Of a stretch of DNA of 40,067 bases, positions 1-8,931 are shown piece after piece. The stretch comes from an uncultured Ignavibacteriales bacterium (GTDB lineage: Bacteria > Zixibacteria > MSB-5A5 > GN15 > FEB-12): positions 41,703-81,769 of the forward strand of contig CAZLBP010000016.1 in the NCBI GenBank assembly GCA_964557855.1, in the 5' to 3' direction. Every line of letters begins with the position of its first letter. Position 1 is the first letter of the stretch. The translations under genes and the position numbers were made by a program. The notes beneath the pieces are model-generated. The model was not told the origin of the DNA. It saw only the letters and a list, made by a program, of their open reading frames with translations, and searched no databases.

Positions 1-53
1 TGTCATTCCCGCGAAGGCGGGAATCCAGTCAGGACCGAAGGTCCTGACCTGAG
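1..53. repeat. REP-like double-hairpin element copy 1 (ATTCCCGCG-N3-CGCGGGAAT followed by GTCAGGACC-N3-GGTCCTGAC)
   Basis: Two consecutive perfect inverted repeats seen directly: attcccgc/gcgggaat (8 bp) and gtcaggacc/ggtcctgac (9 bp). The same architecture recurs at 57..108 and 16997..17046. Confidence 0.8.
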
Positions 54-56
54 TTT

Positions 57-108
57 GTCATTCCTGCGCAGGTAGGAATCCAGTCAGGGCCAAAAGCCCT
101 GACACAGA
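57..108. repeat. REP-like double-hairpin element copy 2 (tandem with copy 1)
   Basis: tgtcattcctgcgcaggtaggaatccagtcagggccaaaagccctgac. The second stem carries compensatory changes relative to copy 1 (gtcagggcc/ggccctgac versus gtcaggacc/ggtcctgac). Confidence 0.75.
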
Positions 109-114
109 AGATAT

Positions 115-570
115 ATGATAACAAAGTTCTCGAAAGAAGACGCCGACAAGGTCGCCGCCGTCATCGGCGCACAACAGGTCAGTTTCCAAACCGACCACTA
201 CCGCTTCCGAGTGGAAAACGTCGAGGAGAAGCGGATCCTCTCGCTGGAGGTCTACCCCGAAACTTCCCTGGGCAAAGCGAAAGGCATGCTGATCGTGGTC
301 TACACCGGCAACGCGCATCTGCAGCTTCACAATTGCTCGGGCTATATCGTTTCCGAAGAATTGGGCGAGGTTACTTTCGTGGCCGAGTTCGAGAAGCAGC
401 TCTCCGGACTGGTAGTTGAAAAGGGCGCCGCCTGCTCCCAATATGCCGCTATCGACCGTGCTCTGATATCGTCTGATTTCACGCAGTTAGGCGTCGAGGT
501 CATGCTCTCCGGCGTGGCGCTGTCTCTCGCGGAGGATGTGTTGAAGGAGGAGGGGGGCAAGGGGGAGTAG
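115..570 (+). CDS. hypothetical protein (151 aa), no recognisable domain
   Basis: Intact ORF with GC3-rich codon usage consistent with its neighbours. Bounded by REP elements upstream and the convergent kinase gene downstream. No motif recognised. Confidence 0.45.
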   Translation: MITKFSKEDADKVAAVIGAQQVSFQTDHYRFRVENVEEKRILSLEVYPETSLGKAKGMLIVVYTGNAHLQLHNCSGYIVSEELGEVTFVAEFEKQLSGLVVEKGAACSQYAAIDRALISSDFTQLGVEVMLSGVALSLAEDVLKEEGGKGE

Positions 571-681
571 TTGTCAGTTCGTGCGGGGTAATCTCAGGAT
601 TCTTCGAGTTTCACTGGTCAACCAAATACTTCCCGAATACACATGTCGGGTGCTCTCGACTGCGGCGAATCGGAACCCGAC

Positions 682-3183
682 CTACTTAGCCGCAAACGAT
701 TCCACAAAATCCGCCAGGGCGGTGGCGATCTCCGAGGCCTTCTGGTAGCGCATCGCCGGGTCTTTTTGCAGCGCCTTCATGATAATATGATCGAACAGAA
801 GCGGGATCTGCGGGTTTACGTTCGACGGCTTTTCAGGCTCATTATTGATAATGGCGTAGATAAGCGAGGTTATGTTCTCCCCCTTGAACGGCCGCTTGCC
901 CAGCAGCATCTCGTACATGACGACGCCGAGTGAAAAAATATCGGCCCGATGATCCGATTTACGCCCTTTGAGCTGCTCCGGTGAAATGTAGTTCGGCGTA
1001 CCCATGGCGATGCCGGTCTTGGTCATCGAGTTGGAATCGATACGGGCGATACCGTAATCCATGACCTTAACCCGATAGTCTTTCAAGACCATGATATTGG
1101 CCGGCTTGATGTCGCGGTGGACAATCCCGAGTTCGTGAGCATATTGCAGCGCGTGGCAGATCTGGACGATTATCTGGGCGATGATGCGGTAATTGAACTG
1201 TACCTTCTTCTTGATCATTTCCTCCAGGGTCCGGCCTTCCAGGCACTCCATGGCGATAAACTGCAGGGAGCCTTCGGAACCCACATCGTAGATAGTCACG
1301 ATATTGGGGTGCGAAAGTTTGCCGGCGGCCTGTGCCTCTCGGTGCAAGCGTTCTTTGAGCTCAGCCAGTTCGTTGGGATCGTTAACAAAATCGAGCCTGA
1401 TCGTTTTCAGAGCGACCGGCCGGTTGATGGCCGGGTCGACGCCCTTGTACACCATACCCATAGCGCCCTTACCCAGTGATCCAGTGATCTGGTAGCGGCC
1501 GAGATTGCCGGGCGTACCCTGTAGCGAACCGCTGTCATCGGCTTCGGCCGGTTGTTTTTCTGCGTCGGTGTCAGGTATAACGATTTCGTCCGAGGCGGAG
1601 TCTGAGAAAATCTCGTCAGGCGCAGATGTATCGGGGGTGATTATTTCGGGTTGCTGCGACGCTTTGGTGTCGGCTGTGCCGAGGACCGCGGTTTTGATCT
1701 TCTCACTGCGCAACTCGGGGTTAGCAGCCGTTTCTTCGATATCCAACTGCCTGCTGATATCCTGGTGGTCCTCAGGATGAACACCATCCGAGTCTACCGA
1801 TACTGTCTCGACGTTCTCGGGATCGTCCGGTGACGACTTCACTTCCCGTACGGGTGGCTCCTCGAACAGAGGTTCAGACGGCCGTTTCCTCTCTCTCTTC
1901 GGAAGGTCTACTTTCGGCATCTTTGATTCGCCGAGTGTTCCCAGATCCACTTTGCCGGTAATCAACTGGGTATCGAGCATGGGAGCGGCTACCAGGAAGA
2001 GGACCAGTTCCAGGGCGATGTACATAGTTTCCGGCAGGATGCGCATGTAGTTGGCCATAATGTAATTCAGGGCCGCGAGAATGATCAAGCCGCCCAGGAG
2101 CACCAGTATACGCGACATAAGCTTCAACTGCGGCATGACAAAAGCGCACAGACCGCCCAGGAAAAACAGAAGCAACAGACTATGAAGAGGTTGATTCTCC
2201 TTCAACAGCAGGAAACTGCCGTTCGTGATATTCGCTATAACAGTAGCCCGGACTTCCATCTTGCTGGTCTGCTCATTGACCGGCGTCTCGAAGTACTCCG
2301 GGTTTTCCGCATTGTGCAGTCCGATTACGACGATTTTGCCTTTCAACGCGGTCCGGTTGAACTCATCGCTGAGAACGTGAGCCGCCGAATGCCGCGTAAA
2401 CGAACCGGGCTTGTGGAAGTTAACGAAGTATCCGGATTGTGCATTGATCGGAACTTCGACCTTCTTGCCGATCCGGATCAACTCTCCTTCCACCACCTGG
2501 ATCTCTTCAGAAGGCACACCCAGATGGGCGGCGGCGGCCAGCAGCGACAAAGACGGATAGTAGAAGCCTTCGAAATTCATGACCAGCGGCTCGTGGCGCA
2601 GCACCCGGTCGTCATCCGGCATCATGTAATCGAAGCCGAGGAGCGCGTGAGTCTCCAGCAACTTCTCCGCCGGGAGAAACACCTTGCGCACCTGCAGGCT
2701 GGAACGTTCCTCCATCACGCCGAGCGGGTTATTTATTACGAGCGAATTATTGAACAGGAAATCCGGGTTATTGGTTTTGTTGCTGCGATATGTCGCCAGG
2801 GCAATGTCATACGGCATCACCATGTTGTCGATCCAGCCGAGCTGGCCAGCCAGGATTCTGGTATAGCCGGCGGAGTCCTGCTGGGTGTCCTCGCTCAAAT
2901 CCAGATTGAGAACGACGGTACTGGGTTCGCCGGCGGCCGTGGCGGCCACCAGGTCCGCAATCAAGTCTCGATTCCAGGGCCACTCGCCATATTCCTCGAT
3001 TGACTTCTGGTCGATTTCCACCAGGATGACATTCGGCTTGGCCGGTTTGGAAGCCGTCACCCGGCTCAGCGTGTCGTGGACGGATTGCTGCAGGCTCTCT
3101 ATGGGACCGAAGTCATTAAGATACAAAATAACGACCAGAATCGACAGCAGCAGAAAAACGATGTATGACGAGTATTTGTGCAT
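682..3183 (-). CDS. Ser/Thr protein kinase with N-terminal CHASE2 extracytoplasmic sensor domain and multiple TM helices
   Basis: C-terminal Hanks kinase motifs: GxGxxG-like (LGKGAMGMVYKG), VALK, HRDIKPANIMV, DYGIA, GTPNYISPEQ. N-terminal signal/TM, then a CHASE2-like region (NVILVEIDQKSIEEYGEWPWNRDLIADLV), then a block of about four TM helices. AAGAGGA RBS upstream, overlapping the stop of the preceding phosphoesterase gene. Confidence 0.9.
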   Translation of the reverse strand: MHKYSSYIVFLLLSILVVILYLNDFGPIESLQQSVHDTLSRVTASKPAKPNVILVEIDQKSIEEYGEWPWNRDLIADLVAATAAGEPSTVVLNLDLSEDTQQDSAGYTRILAGQLGWIDNMVMPYDIALATYRSNKTNNPDFLFNNSLVINNPLGVMEERSSLQVRKVFLPAEKLLETHALLGFDYMMPDDDRVLRHEPLVMNFEGFYYPSLSLLAAAAHLGVPSEEIQVVEGELIRIGKKVEVPINAQSGYFVNFHKPGSFTRHSAAHVLSDEFNRTALKGKIVVIGLHNAENPEYFETPVNEQTSKMEVRATVIANITNGSFLLLKENQPLHSLLLLFFLGGLCAFVMPQLKLMSRILVLLGGLIILAALNYIMANYMRILPETMYIALELVLFLVAAPMLDTQLITGKVDLGTLGESKMPKVDLPKRERKRPSEPLFEEPPVREVKSSPDDPENVETVSVDSDGVHPEDHQDISRQLDIEETAANPELRSEKIKTAVLGTADTKASQQPEIITPDTSAPDEIFSDSASDEIVIPDTDAEKQPAEADDSGSLQGTPGNLGRYQITGSLGKGAMGMVYKGVDPAINRPVALKTIRLDFVNDPNELAELKERLHREAQAAGKLSHPNIVTIYDVGSEGSLQFIAMECLEGRTLEEMIKKKVQFNYRIIAQIIVQICHALQYAHELGIVHRDIKPANIMVLKDYRVKVMDYGIARIDSNSMTKTGIAMGTPNYISPEQLKGRKSDHRADIFSLGVVMYEMLLGKRPFKGENITSLIYAIINNEPEKPSNVNPQIPLLFDHIIMKALQKDPAMRYQKASEIATALADFVESFAAK

Positions 3184-3195
3184 GATATCCTCTTG

Positions 3196-3924
3196 TTAGC
3201 GCCCCACCGCGAGCCGGTCGATTAACAGCTCGGGCAGCTCGGCGGCTGTCATTTTCTTCTGCGCGGCGGCAATGTCGTACTCCACGCGATGAAAGCGGAT
3301 TGCCCTGGTATTCAAATCCATGGTTACGAAGCAAGCACGCGGATCATTATCGCGCGGCTGTCCCACCGAACCGACATTGACCAGGTAACGGCTTTCTTCA
3401 AAGGGATCGAAATCATGGGCGGTCTTTCGCTTGGGACGTGTGCCCGGTACTTCCGAGAAAATCTGGGGTATGTGAGTGTGACCATGAAAGCATATGGCGC
3501 CGGTCATATGTTCGAAGGCGATGTCGGCTTCGTCTGCGGTCAGTATGTAGTGCCAGTTTTCCGGTTCGAAGGGGGAGGCATGCACGAAAGTGATATCACC
3601 GAGCTCATGCACCATTTCGTACCGAGCGATCGTGGACAACTCCTGATCTGACAGAGACTCCCGAGTCCACTCGGCGGCAATACGGGCGACATTCGTATAG
3701 CCGCTCGTGGCCTCCAGGCCCAGGACAACCGATTCATGGTTGCCCATGAGTTTGACGGCGGCGTGTTTTTCGATCAGCTCCAGACAGGCGTGAGGATCAC
3801 ATCCATATCCGACGACGTCTCCGAGGCAATAGATTTCATCGACGCCGCTTTCTTCCACCGCGCGCAAAACGGCGGTCAAGGCTTCCTGATTCCCGTGGAT
3901 GTCAGAGAGCAAGGCTATTTTCAT
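3196..3924 (-). CDS. metallophosphoesterase (calcineurin-like/YfcE-type phosphodiesterase/phosphatase)
   Basis: MKIALLSDIHGN...LGDVVGYG...GNHE...GHTH motifs of the calcineurin-like metallophosphoesterase fold. Translationally coupled between the FHA gene and the kinase gene. Confidence 0.85.
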   Translation of the reverse strand: MKIALLSDIHGNQEALTAVLRAVEESGVDEIYCLGDVVGYGCDPHACLELIEKHAAVKLMGNHESVVLGLEATSGYTNVARIAAEWTRESLSDQELSTIARYEMVHELGDITFVHASPFEPENWHYILTADEADIAFEHMTGAICFHGHTHIPQIFSEVPGTRPKRKTAHDFDPFEESRYLVNVGSVGQPRDNDPRACFVTMDLNTRAIRFHRVEYDIAAAQKKMTAAELPELLIDRLAVGR

Positions 3925-4635
3925 CTATTCTCTGCCTTCAACATACTTGTATGTACTTTTGCCGACCGTAATGAGATCATCGTTTTTCAGCGTGCAGCGA
4001 TCAACCTGTTCACCATTGACTTTGACCTTGCCTTTCTTGCCCAAGTTTACCAATTGGTGGCCGCCGTTCTCTTTGACGATCTTGGCCTGGATGCCGGATA
4101 TGAAGAACCCTTTGGCGCGCACGTGAACGAACTTGGCCTTACCCAGGGTCGTCACGTCTCTTTCCAGGCGGTATTCGGAGAAGTCGGCGTTCTCTTCTCC
4201 CAGCAGTACGGAGCCGCCATACCGTTGTACAATCTCTCGTTCTATCTTGTCGTTTTCAAGAAGTTTTTTCTGAGCTTTCGTGTTCAGCACCATCGTGCCG
4301 TCGAAATTCGACGCATCTTCCTCAATCTGATCCGAGTTAGCGTTGTAGATGAGTTGGTACTTCCCGATGGTAATGGTGTCGTGGTTACGCAGGACTTCTT
4401 CATTGATTTTGCGTTGATTGACGAACGTGCCGTTGAGTGACTCGTTGTCAATGACGACGGCGGCATTGTCGTTGAATTCGATCAAGGCATGTTTTCGCGA
4501 AACACCGCGATTTTCGAGGACAATATCGTTGTCATTGGTACGTCCGATCGTGATCCGTTTCTTTTCCGTCACGATTCGTTCGATTACCTTGTTGTCGTAT
4601 TTGACAGTTATTTCCGCCATGGGGAATCCTTTCAC
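3925..4635 (-). CDS. tandem FHA-domain protein
   Basis: First FHA: ITIGRTNDNDIVLENRGVSRKHALIEF...NGTFVN. A second, degenerate FHA-like repeat lies in the C-terminal half. AAGGA RBS. First gene of the FHA-phosphoesterase-kinase operon. Confidence 0.85.
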   Translation of the reverse strand: MKGFPMAEITVKYDNKVIERIVTEKKRITIGRTNDNDIVLENRGVSRKHALIEFNDNAAVVIDNESLNGTFVNQRKINEEVLRNHDTITIGKYQLIYNANSDQIEEDASNFDGTMVLNTKAQKKLLENDKIEREIVQRYGGSVLLGEENADFSEYRLERDVTTLGKAKFVHVRAKGFFISGIQAKIVKENGGHQLVNLGKKGKVKVNGEQVDRCTLKNDDLITVGKSTYKYVEGRE

Positions 4636-5046
4636 TATATGAATACGATCATTTGCCGCTGTAATAGAGTTTCGGTATTCCTTTACCTCATTCTAGCCAC
4701 TACTTTCCCGTAGGTACGGGAAAACGTCCGCTCCAGTTCGGAGACTTATGAATATTGTCGGCACTCGAATATGAAACTTAATTTGCCTGATTCACGTCCG
4801 AACGGCAGGTTCGGGATTTGTGCTACGGCCGACGGCCATATCAGCCCTTTGTGGAGTAAGCCCTGGGCGGGACCGTTAGTTCTTGAGAAAGAAGAATGGT
4901 TTCGACCGGAGGGTTAGTACCCCAACGCTCCCGACCTCAGGGACTTATCCATAAATGGATATGTCGGGACTCTGCCGGCCAAATGCGCGGTTTTGCAGTG
5001 CACCTGAATAACCATGATTTGAGGGTCGACAACTTGAGCAAATTTG

Positions 5047-5075
5047 TTGCATATTGGCTGCAATATGTGTATAAT
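5047..5075 (+). promoter_or_regulatory. near-consensus sigma70-type promoter (TTGCAT-N17-TGTGTATAAT) upstream of etfA
   Basis: The sequence ttgcat, a 17-nt spacer, then tgtg tataat is seen directly. It lies ~35 nt upstream of the GAGGAT RBS and the GTG start at 5111. Confidence 0.6.
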
Positions 5076-5110
5076 TTCCGATTGAACTGAAAGACTTGCG
5101 AGGATTCTAC

Positions 5111-6073
5111 GTGAAGACATTCATAATTGCTCTACAAAAAGACGGTACGCTGGTACCGATGTCGTTCGAACTTATCGAAGCTGCCAAATCGCTGAACTGC
5201 GAAATATCCACCGCAATCCTGGCTGAAAGCGCAGATAAAATGGCTTCGGAACTGGCTTCCAGAGGGGGTGGTCAGGTGCTGGCGGTATCCGATCCGAAGC
5301 TCAAGTACTTTAATGACGAATTGTATACGCTCGTACTGAAGGAGCTGATAGAAAAACACTCGCCCGATCTTGTTCTGGGTACGGCGACTTTCTACGGCAA
5401 AGCATTATTCGGCCGATTGGCCGCCAAGTTGGCCGCACCGATGGCCAGTGACGTTACCAAAGTGGCCGTTGAGGACGGTCAGGTGATGGTGACGAGGCCT
5501 CATTATGGCGGGGCAGTAATGTCGACCATCGTCAAGAATAGTGATAAGCCGTTGTTGGTGACCGTTCGCCCCAAGGTGTATCCGGAATCGAAGGAAGGAG
5601 CCGGTGAGGTGACCGCCGAGCCACTGGAAAGTTTGAACGCCGAGGTGCGCACGAACGTCAAAGAAATGAAAGTTGAGTCGGCGGGCGCTGTCAACCTGAC
5701 TGAGGCCGACGTGATCGTTTCGGCGGGTCGCGGTCTTAAGGGTCCGGAGAATCTGGATATGGTCAAGGAACTGGCCGATGCACTAAAAGGCGCGTTTGGC
5801 GCGTCCAGAGCCATAGTTGATGCCGGCTGGACGGAGTACGCGAATCAGGTGGGACAGACCGGTAAGACGGTCAACCCCAAATTGTATGTCGCCGTCGGTA
5901 TTTCCGGCGCCATACAGCACCTGGTCGGCATGCGGTCGTCGGGAACGATAGTCGCCGTGAACAAGGACAAAGACGCCCCCATCTTCAATGTCGCCAATTA
6001 CGGGATAGTGGGGGATGCTTTCGAGGTCGTACCGGCTTTGACAAGGAAGTTTAGGTCCGAATTGGGCACATAG
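5111..6073 (+). CDS. etfA: electron transfer flavoprotein alpha subunit (EtfA)
   Basis: FAD-binding C-terminal signature [16 protein letters not shown]-terminus [12 protein letters not shown] aligns with the EtfA start. GTG start at 5111 preceded by a GAGGAT RBS; the ORF track's TTG at 5096 is less likely. Confidence 0.85.
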   Translation: MKTFIIALQKDGTLVPMSFELIEAAKSLNCEISTAILAESADKMASELASRGGGQVLAVSDPKLKYFNDELYTLVLKELIEKHSPDLVLGTATFYGKALFGRLAAKLAAPMASDVTKVAVEDGQVMVTRPHYGGAVMSTIVKNSDKPLLVTVRPKVYPESKEGAGEVTAEPLESLNAEVRTNVKEMKVESAGAVNLTEADVIVSAGRGLKGPENLDMVKELADALKGAFGASRAIVDAGWTEYANQVGQTGKTVNPKLYVAVGISGAIQHLVGMRSSGTIVAVNKDKDAPIFNVANYGIVGDAFEVVPALTRKFRSELGT

Positions 6074-6123
6074 TCCCGGTAGGGAAACCGGTTCGAGCAC
6101 AGCTTGAACAGGTATTTGCGAAA

Positions 6124-6152
6124 CAGCCCGTTGGGTCCCTGACCCAACGGGC
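6124..6152. terminator. bidirectional stem-loop terminator between convergent etfA and the PKD lipoprotein gene
   Basis: agcccgttgggt-ccctg-acccaacgggct is a perfect 12-bp stem. It sits between two convergent stop codons. Confidence 0.6.
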
Positions 6153-6187
6153 TTAACTTTGTGTGGGCGGAAGGCTCTTCTCAATTG

Positions 6188-7597
6188 CTATGGCGCCGTT
6201 ACCACAATACTATCGGTTCGCTCCCCGGTACCGCAAACGTTGGTTAATCTTAACGTAACGGGATACACGCCGGCGGTGTCGAAGCTGATAGTCACTTGCG
6301 GCACGTTACCGATGCTGGAGTCAGCCACGATCCATTCGCGGTCAGTGAACGGCACGGCACTTTGACCACTAATAGTAAATGTCTGCGATGTGTCGCCCGT
6401 TTCCGGGTCAACTGTGATCGTGATGTCGTCGCTTGTTATCTCGTCGTACAGTATAATAAGGCTATCTTCAGTGATTGAGTCCCGGCCGCACGGACCGTCA
6501 ACGACCAACTTGACATCAAAAACGCCTATATCCGTGAAAGCGTGAATCGGGCTGGAATCGGTGGACGTGAAGCCATCCCCGAAGTACCACGTGCGGTCAG
6601 TAATGTCACCGCTGGAACTGTCAGCGAATTTGACCAGGAATTGTTCTGCGCCGACTCCGCAGGCCGTTGTGGCGCTCAGCACGCCGATATTGACGGTCGG
6701 CACACCGTAGACGATAAGAGTCTCGACGGCGGTGTCTGCGAACCCGGACGTGCTGGTCACGGCCATCGAGATCACGTATTCTCCCGGTGTCTCGTATGTC
6801 GTGGTGGGGTTGGTGTCCGGGGAATTGCTGCCGTTGCCGAGATTCCAGGTCCAGTTCAGCAGTTGGTTGGTGTCCTGGGGATGAGTTGCACTGGAATCTC
6901 CGAATAGAGTAATCTCCAGTGGCGCGCAATACTCACTCAGGGTATCATAGATCTTAACTACCGGACAGGGTTGGATGCGAATAGTATCAGGAAGTCTCAT
7001 GATGTTCTGCGGGCAGTCATCGCTGGTCAGAGTCAATGTTACGACATATTGACCGACGCTGTTGTAGGTATGGCTCGGATTCGGTTCATTTGATGTTGGA
7101 GTGCCGTCACCGAAATTCCAGGTGAAGCCGGTGATGCCGCCGGTATCAAGGGGTGTGAAGGTTATCTCCGAGCCGGGACAACCGATCGTATCACTCAGTT
7201 CCACGTCACTTATGGCAGACCCAACAATTAGGAATCGCTTTTTCCTCTCGCTGTCCTGACCGGTGTCCGGAAGCGTAGTGTCCTTCACTGTGAGAATGAC
7301 CTGATAGGTTCCGGCGGAGTCGTAAATATGTATGGGATCCGGGTTGTTGGTGTCGACCGTGTCGACACCGTCGCCGTAATTCCAGATCAGGATTTGGTAC
7401 GGTCCTTGTGAGAGATCCTGGAACTGGACGGTGCAGGGAGTACAACACTGGTCTTTGTTGGCTGTGAACTCAGCGATGGGGTGCCCGGCTATCTCGATTA
7501 TCGTCTGTTCGGTTATGAGTTCGTCGCAAGCAGCCAGCAGATACACGATAGCGACTATTGAAATCCCGGCTGTCGCAAGAATGGTTGGTCTTTTCAT
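6188..7597 (-). CDS. PKD-repeat lipoprotein (secreted/cell-surface)
   Basis: Signal peptide with a lipobox (LLAAC). At least four PKD-type repeats with WxFGDG / NYGDG cores (WNFGDG, WYFGDGF, WNYGDGV, WNLGNG). Confidence 0.8.
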   Translation of the reverse strand: MKRPTILATAGISIVAIVYLLAACDELITEQTIIEIAGHPIAEFTANKDQCCTPCTVQFQDLSQGPYQILIWNYGDGVDTVDTNNPDPIHIYDSAGTYQVILTVKDTTLPDTGQDSERKKRFLIVGSAISDVELSDTIGCPGSEITFTPLDTGGITGFTWNFGDGTPTSNEPNPSHTYNSVGQYVVTLTLTSDDCPQNIMRLPDTIRIQPCPVVKIYDTLSEYCAPLEITLFGDSSATHPQDTNQLLNWTWNLGNGSNSPDTNPTTTYETPGEYVISMAVTSTSGFADTAVETLIVYGVPTVNIGVLSATTACGVGAEQFLVKFADSSSGDITDRTWYFGDGFTSTDSSPIHAFTDIGVFDVKLVVDGPCGRDSITEDSLIILYDEITSDDITITVDPETGDTSQTFTISGQSAVPFTDREWIVADSSIGNVPQVTISFDTAGVYPVTLRLTNVCGTGERTDSIVVTAP

Positions 7598-7803
7598 AGC
7601 GAATTGTCCATTTCTCTGTTTGGCACTCGGTATATAGTCTTCCGGTCTTCGGGAGTCAATTAGTATTTGACTTCCTTTCGCAGGCGGTTCGGCGGACCAC
7701 TGGTTCTACATCCGAATCACCACAAAGGTGCCGGTCCGCCGTTTAAGTATGTGCCGCAGCATGACGACTAAGATACAAAAAGTATCAAAACTCGGAGAGA
7801 ATA

Positions 7804-8931
7804 ATGTCACTGCTAATTGAGGTAATCGAATGGATGGATCCCAGCGGTCAGGAGATGATCCACCGAATCCCGGAACAGGGTTCAGCCGATTTCAAGCTGG
7901 GAGCACAGCTCATCGTTCGTGACAGCCAGATGGCGATCTTCTTCAAAGACGGCCACGCGGCCGACCAGTTCAGCACCGGACGGCATACCCTTTCGACACT
8001 CAACGTACCGATCCTGACGCGACTGCTGGCTTTCCCCTTCGGCTTCAATTCCCCGTTTCGCGCCGAAGTGTATTTCATCAATCAGAAGGTATTTACCGAC
8101 TTGAAGTGGGGGACCAAACATCCGGTTACGTTTCGAGACAGTCAGTTCGGATTGATCAGACTGCGAGGTCATGGGGCTTACACCATGAAGATCGTTCAGC
8201 CGAGTCTCTTCATCAATTCCATCGTCGGCCGCCAGTCACGGTACACTACCACGGATATTCAGGACTACTTGCGCGACGTCATCATCGCCCGGATGAACGA
8301 TCTCCTGGGAGAACAGCTCGACACTATGCTGAATCTGCCCGCGCAGTATACGGAATTGTCCGAACAGTTCAAGGAAATCGTTCGAACCGAGTTCGACAAG
8401 TACGGTCTGGAACTGGTCGATTTTTATATTTCATCGATAACGCCGCCCGAAGAAGTGTCCCGGATGATAGACCAGCGTTCGGGCATGGAAGCAATCGGTG
8501 ATCTGGACAAGTTCATGAAATTCGGTATGGCCCGCGGCCTGGGCTCGGCCGGAGGCGCCGGTGCGGCCGGAGCCGGGGTCGGCATGGCGGCCGGCGTGGG
8601 CGTGATGATGCCGGGCCTGATGCAGAAAGTGTTTGCCCCGGATCAAACCGAACTCAAACGTGAGCCGGTGCCCACCGTCACCTGCCCCAAATGTCATACC
8701 GACACTCCGGAACAGTCGCGATTTTGTTATCGCTGCGGACATCAGATGGTCCTGATGAACACGTGCCAGGCCTGCAATGCCCAATTAGCGCCCGAAGCCA
8801 CGTTCTGTTCGAATTGCGGGTTGAAACTCGATGCCAAGGTGCAATGTCCTCACTGTCACGCCGAGCTGATACCGGGTTCCAAGTTCTGTGGTGAGTGTGG
8901 AAAACCGATCAATGAGCCGGACGCCGAATAG
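7804..8931 (+). CDS. SPFH/Band-7-like (Band_7_1, COG4260-type) protein with Gly/Ala-rich linker and four C-terminal CxxC zinc-ribbon motifs
   Basis: The N-terminal ~230 aa resemble the SPFH 'Band_7_1' family, which characteristically precedes zinc ribbons. The C-terminus carries CPKC...CYRCG, CQAC...CSNCG and CPHC...CGECG pairs (double zinc ribbons). GGAGAG RBS. Confidence 0.7.
   Translation: MSLLIEVIEWMDPSGQEMIHRIPEQGSADFKLGAQLIVRDSQMAIFFKDGHAADQFSTGRHTLSTLNVPILTRLLAFPFGFNSPFRAEVYFINQKVFTDLKWGTKHPVTFRDSQFGLIRLRGHGAYTMKIVQPSLFINSIVGRQSRYTTTDIQDYLRDVIIARMNDLLGEQLDTMLNLPAQYTELSEQFKEIVRTEFDKYGLELVDFYISSITPPEEVSRMIDQRSGMEAIGDLDKFMKFGMARGLGSAGGAGAAGAGVGMAAGVGVMMPGLMQKVFAPDQTELKREPVPTVTCPKCHTDTPEQSRFCYRCGHQMVLMNTCQACNAQLAPEATFCSNCGLKLDAKVQCPHCHAELIPGSKFCGECGKPINEPDAE

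Noticed and set aside
2182-3003. 273-aa plus-strand ORF inside the kinase gene, plus further antisense ORFs (3736..4440, 16901..17503, 17638..18279, 20754..21429, 38481..39242, 14677..15036 and others)
   Set aside because: Each is fully nested antisense to a gene with strong family motifs. All are Arg/Pro/Ser-rich, as expected of GC-rich non-coding frames.
5096-5110. TTG start for etfA at 5096
   Set aside because: GAGGAT at 5099..5104 overlaps it and is correctly spaced for the GTG at 5111, and the EtfA family alignment begins there.
6075-6100. tRNA-like T-loop resemblance (ggttcgagc)
   Set aside because: No acceptor stem, D-arm or anticodon arm can be built around it. It is just the small hairpin ccggt-agggaa-accgg after etfA.
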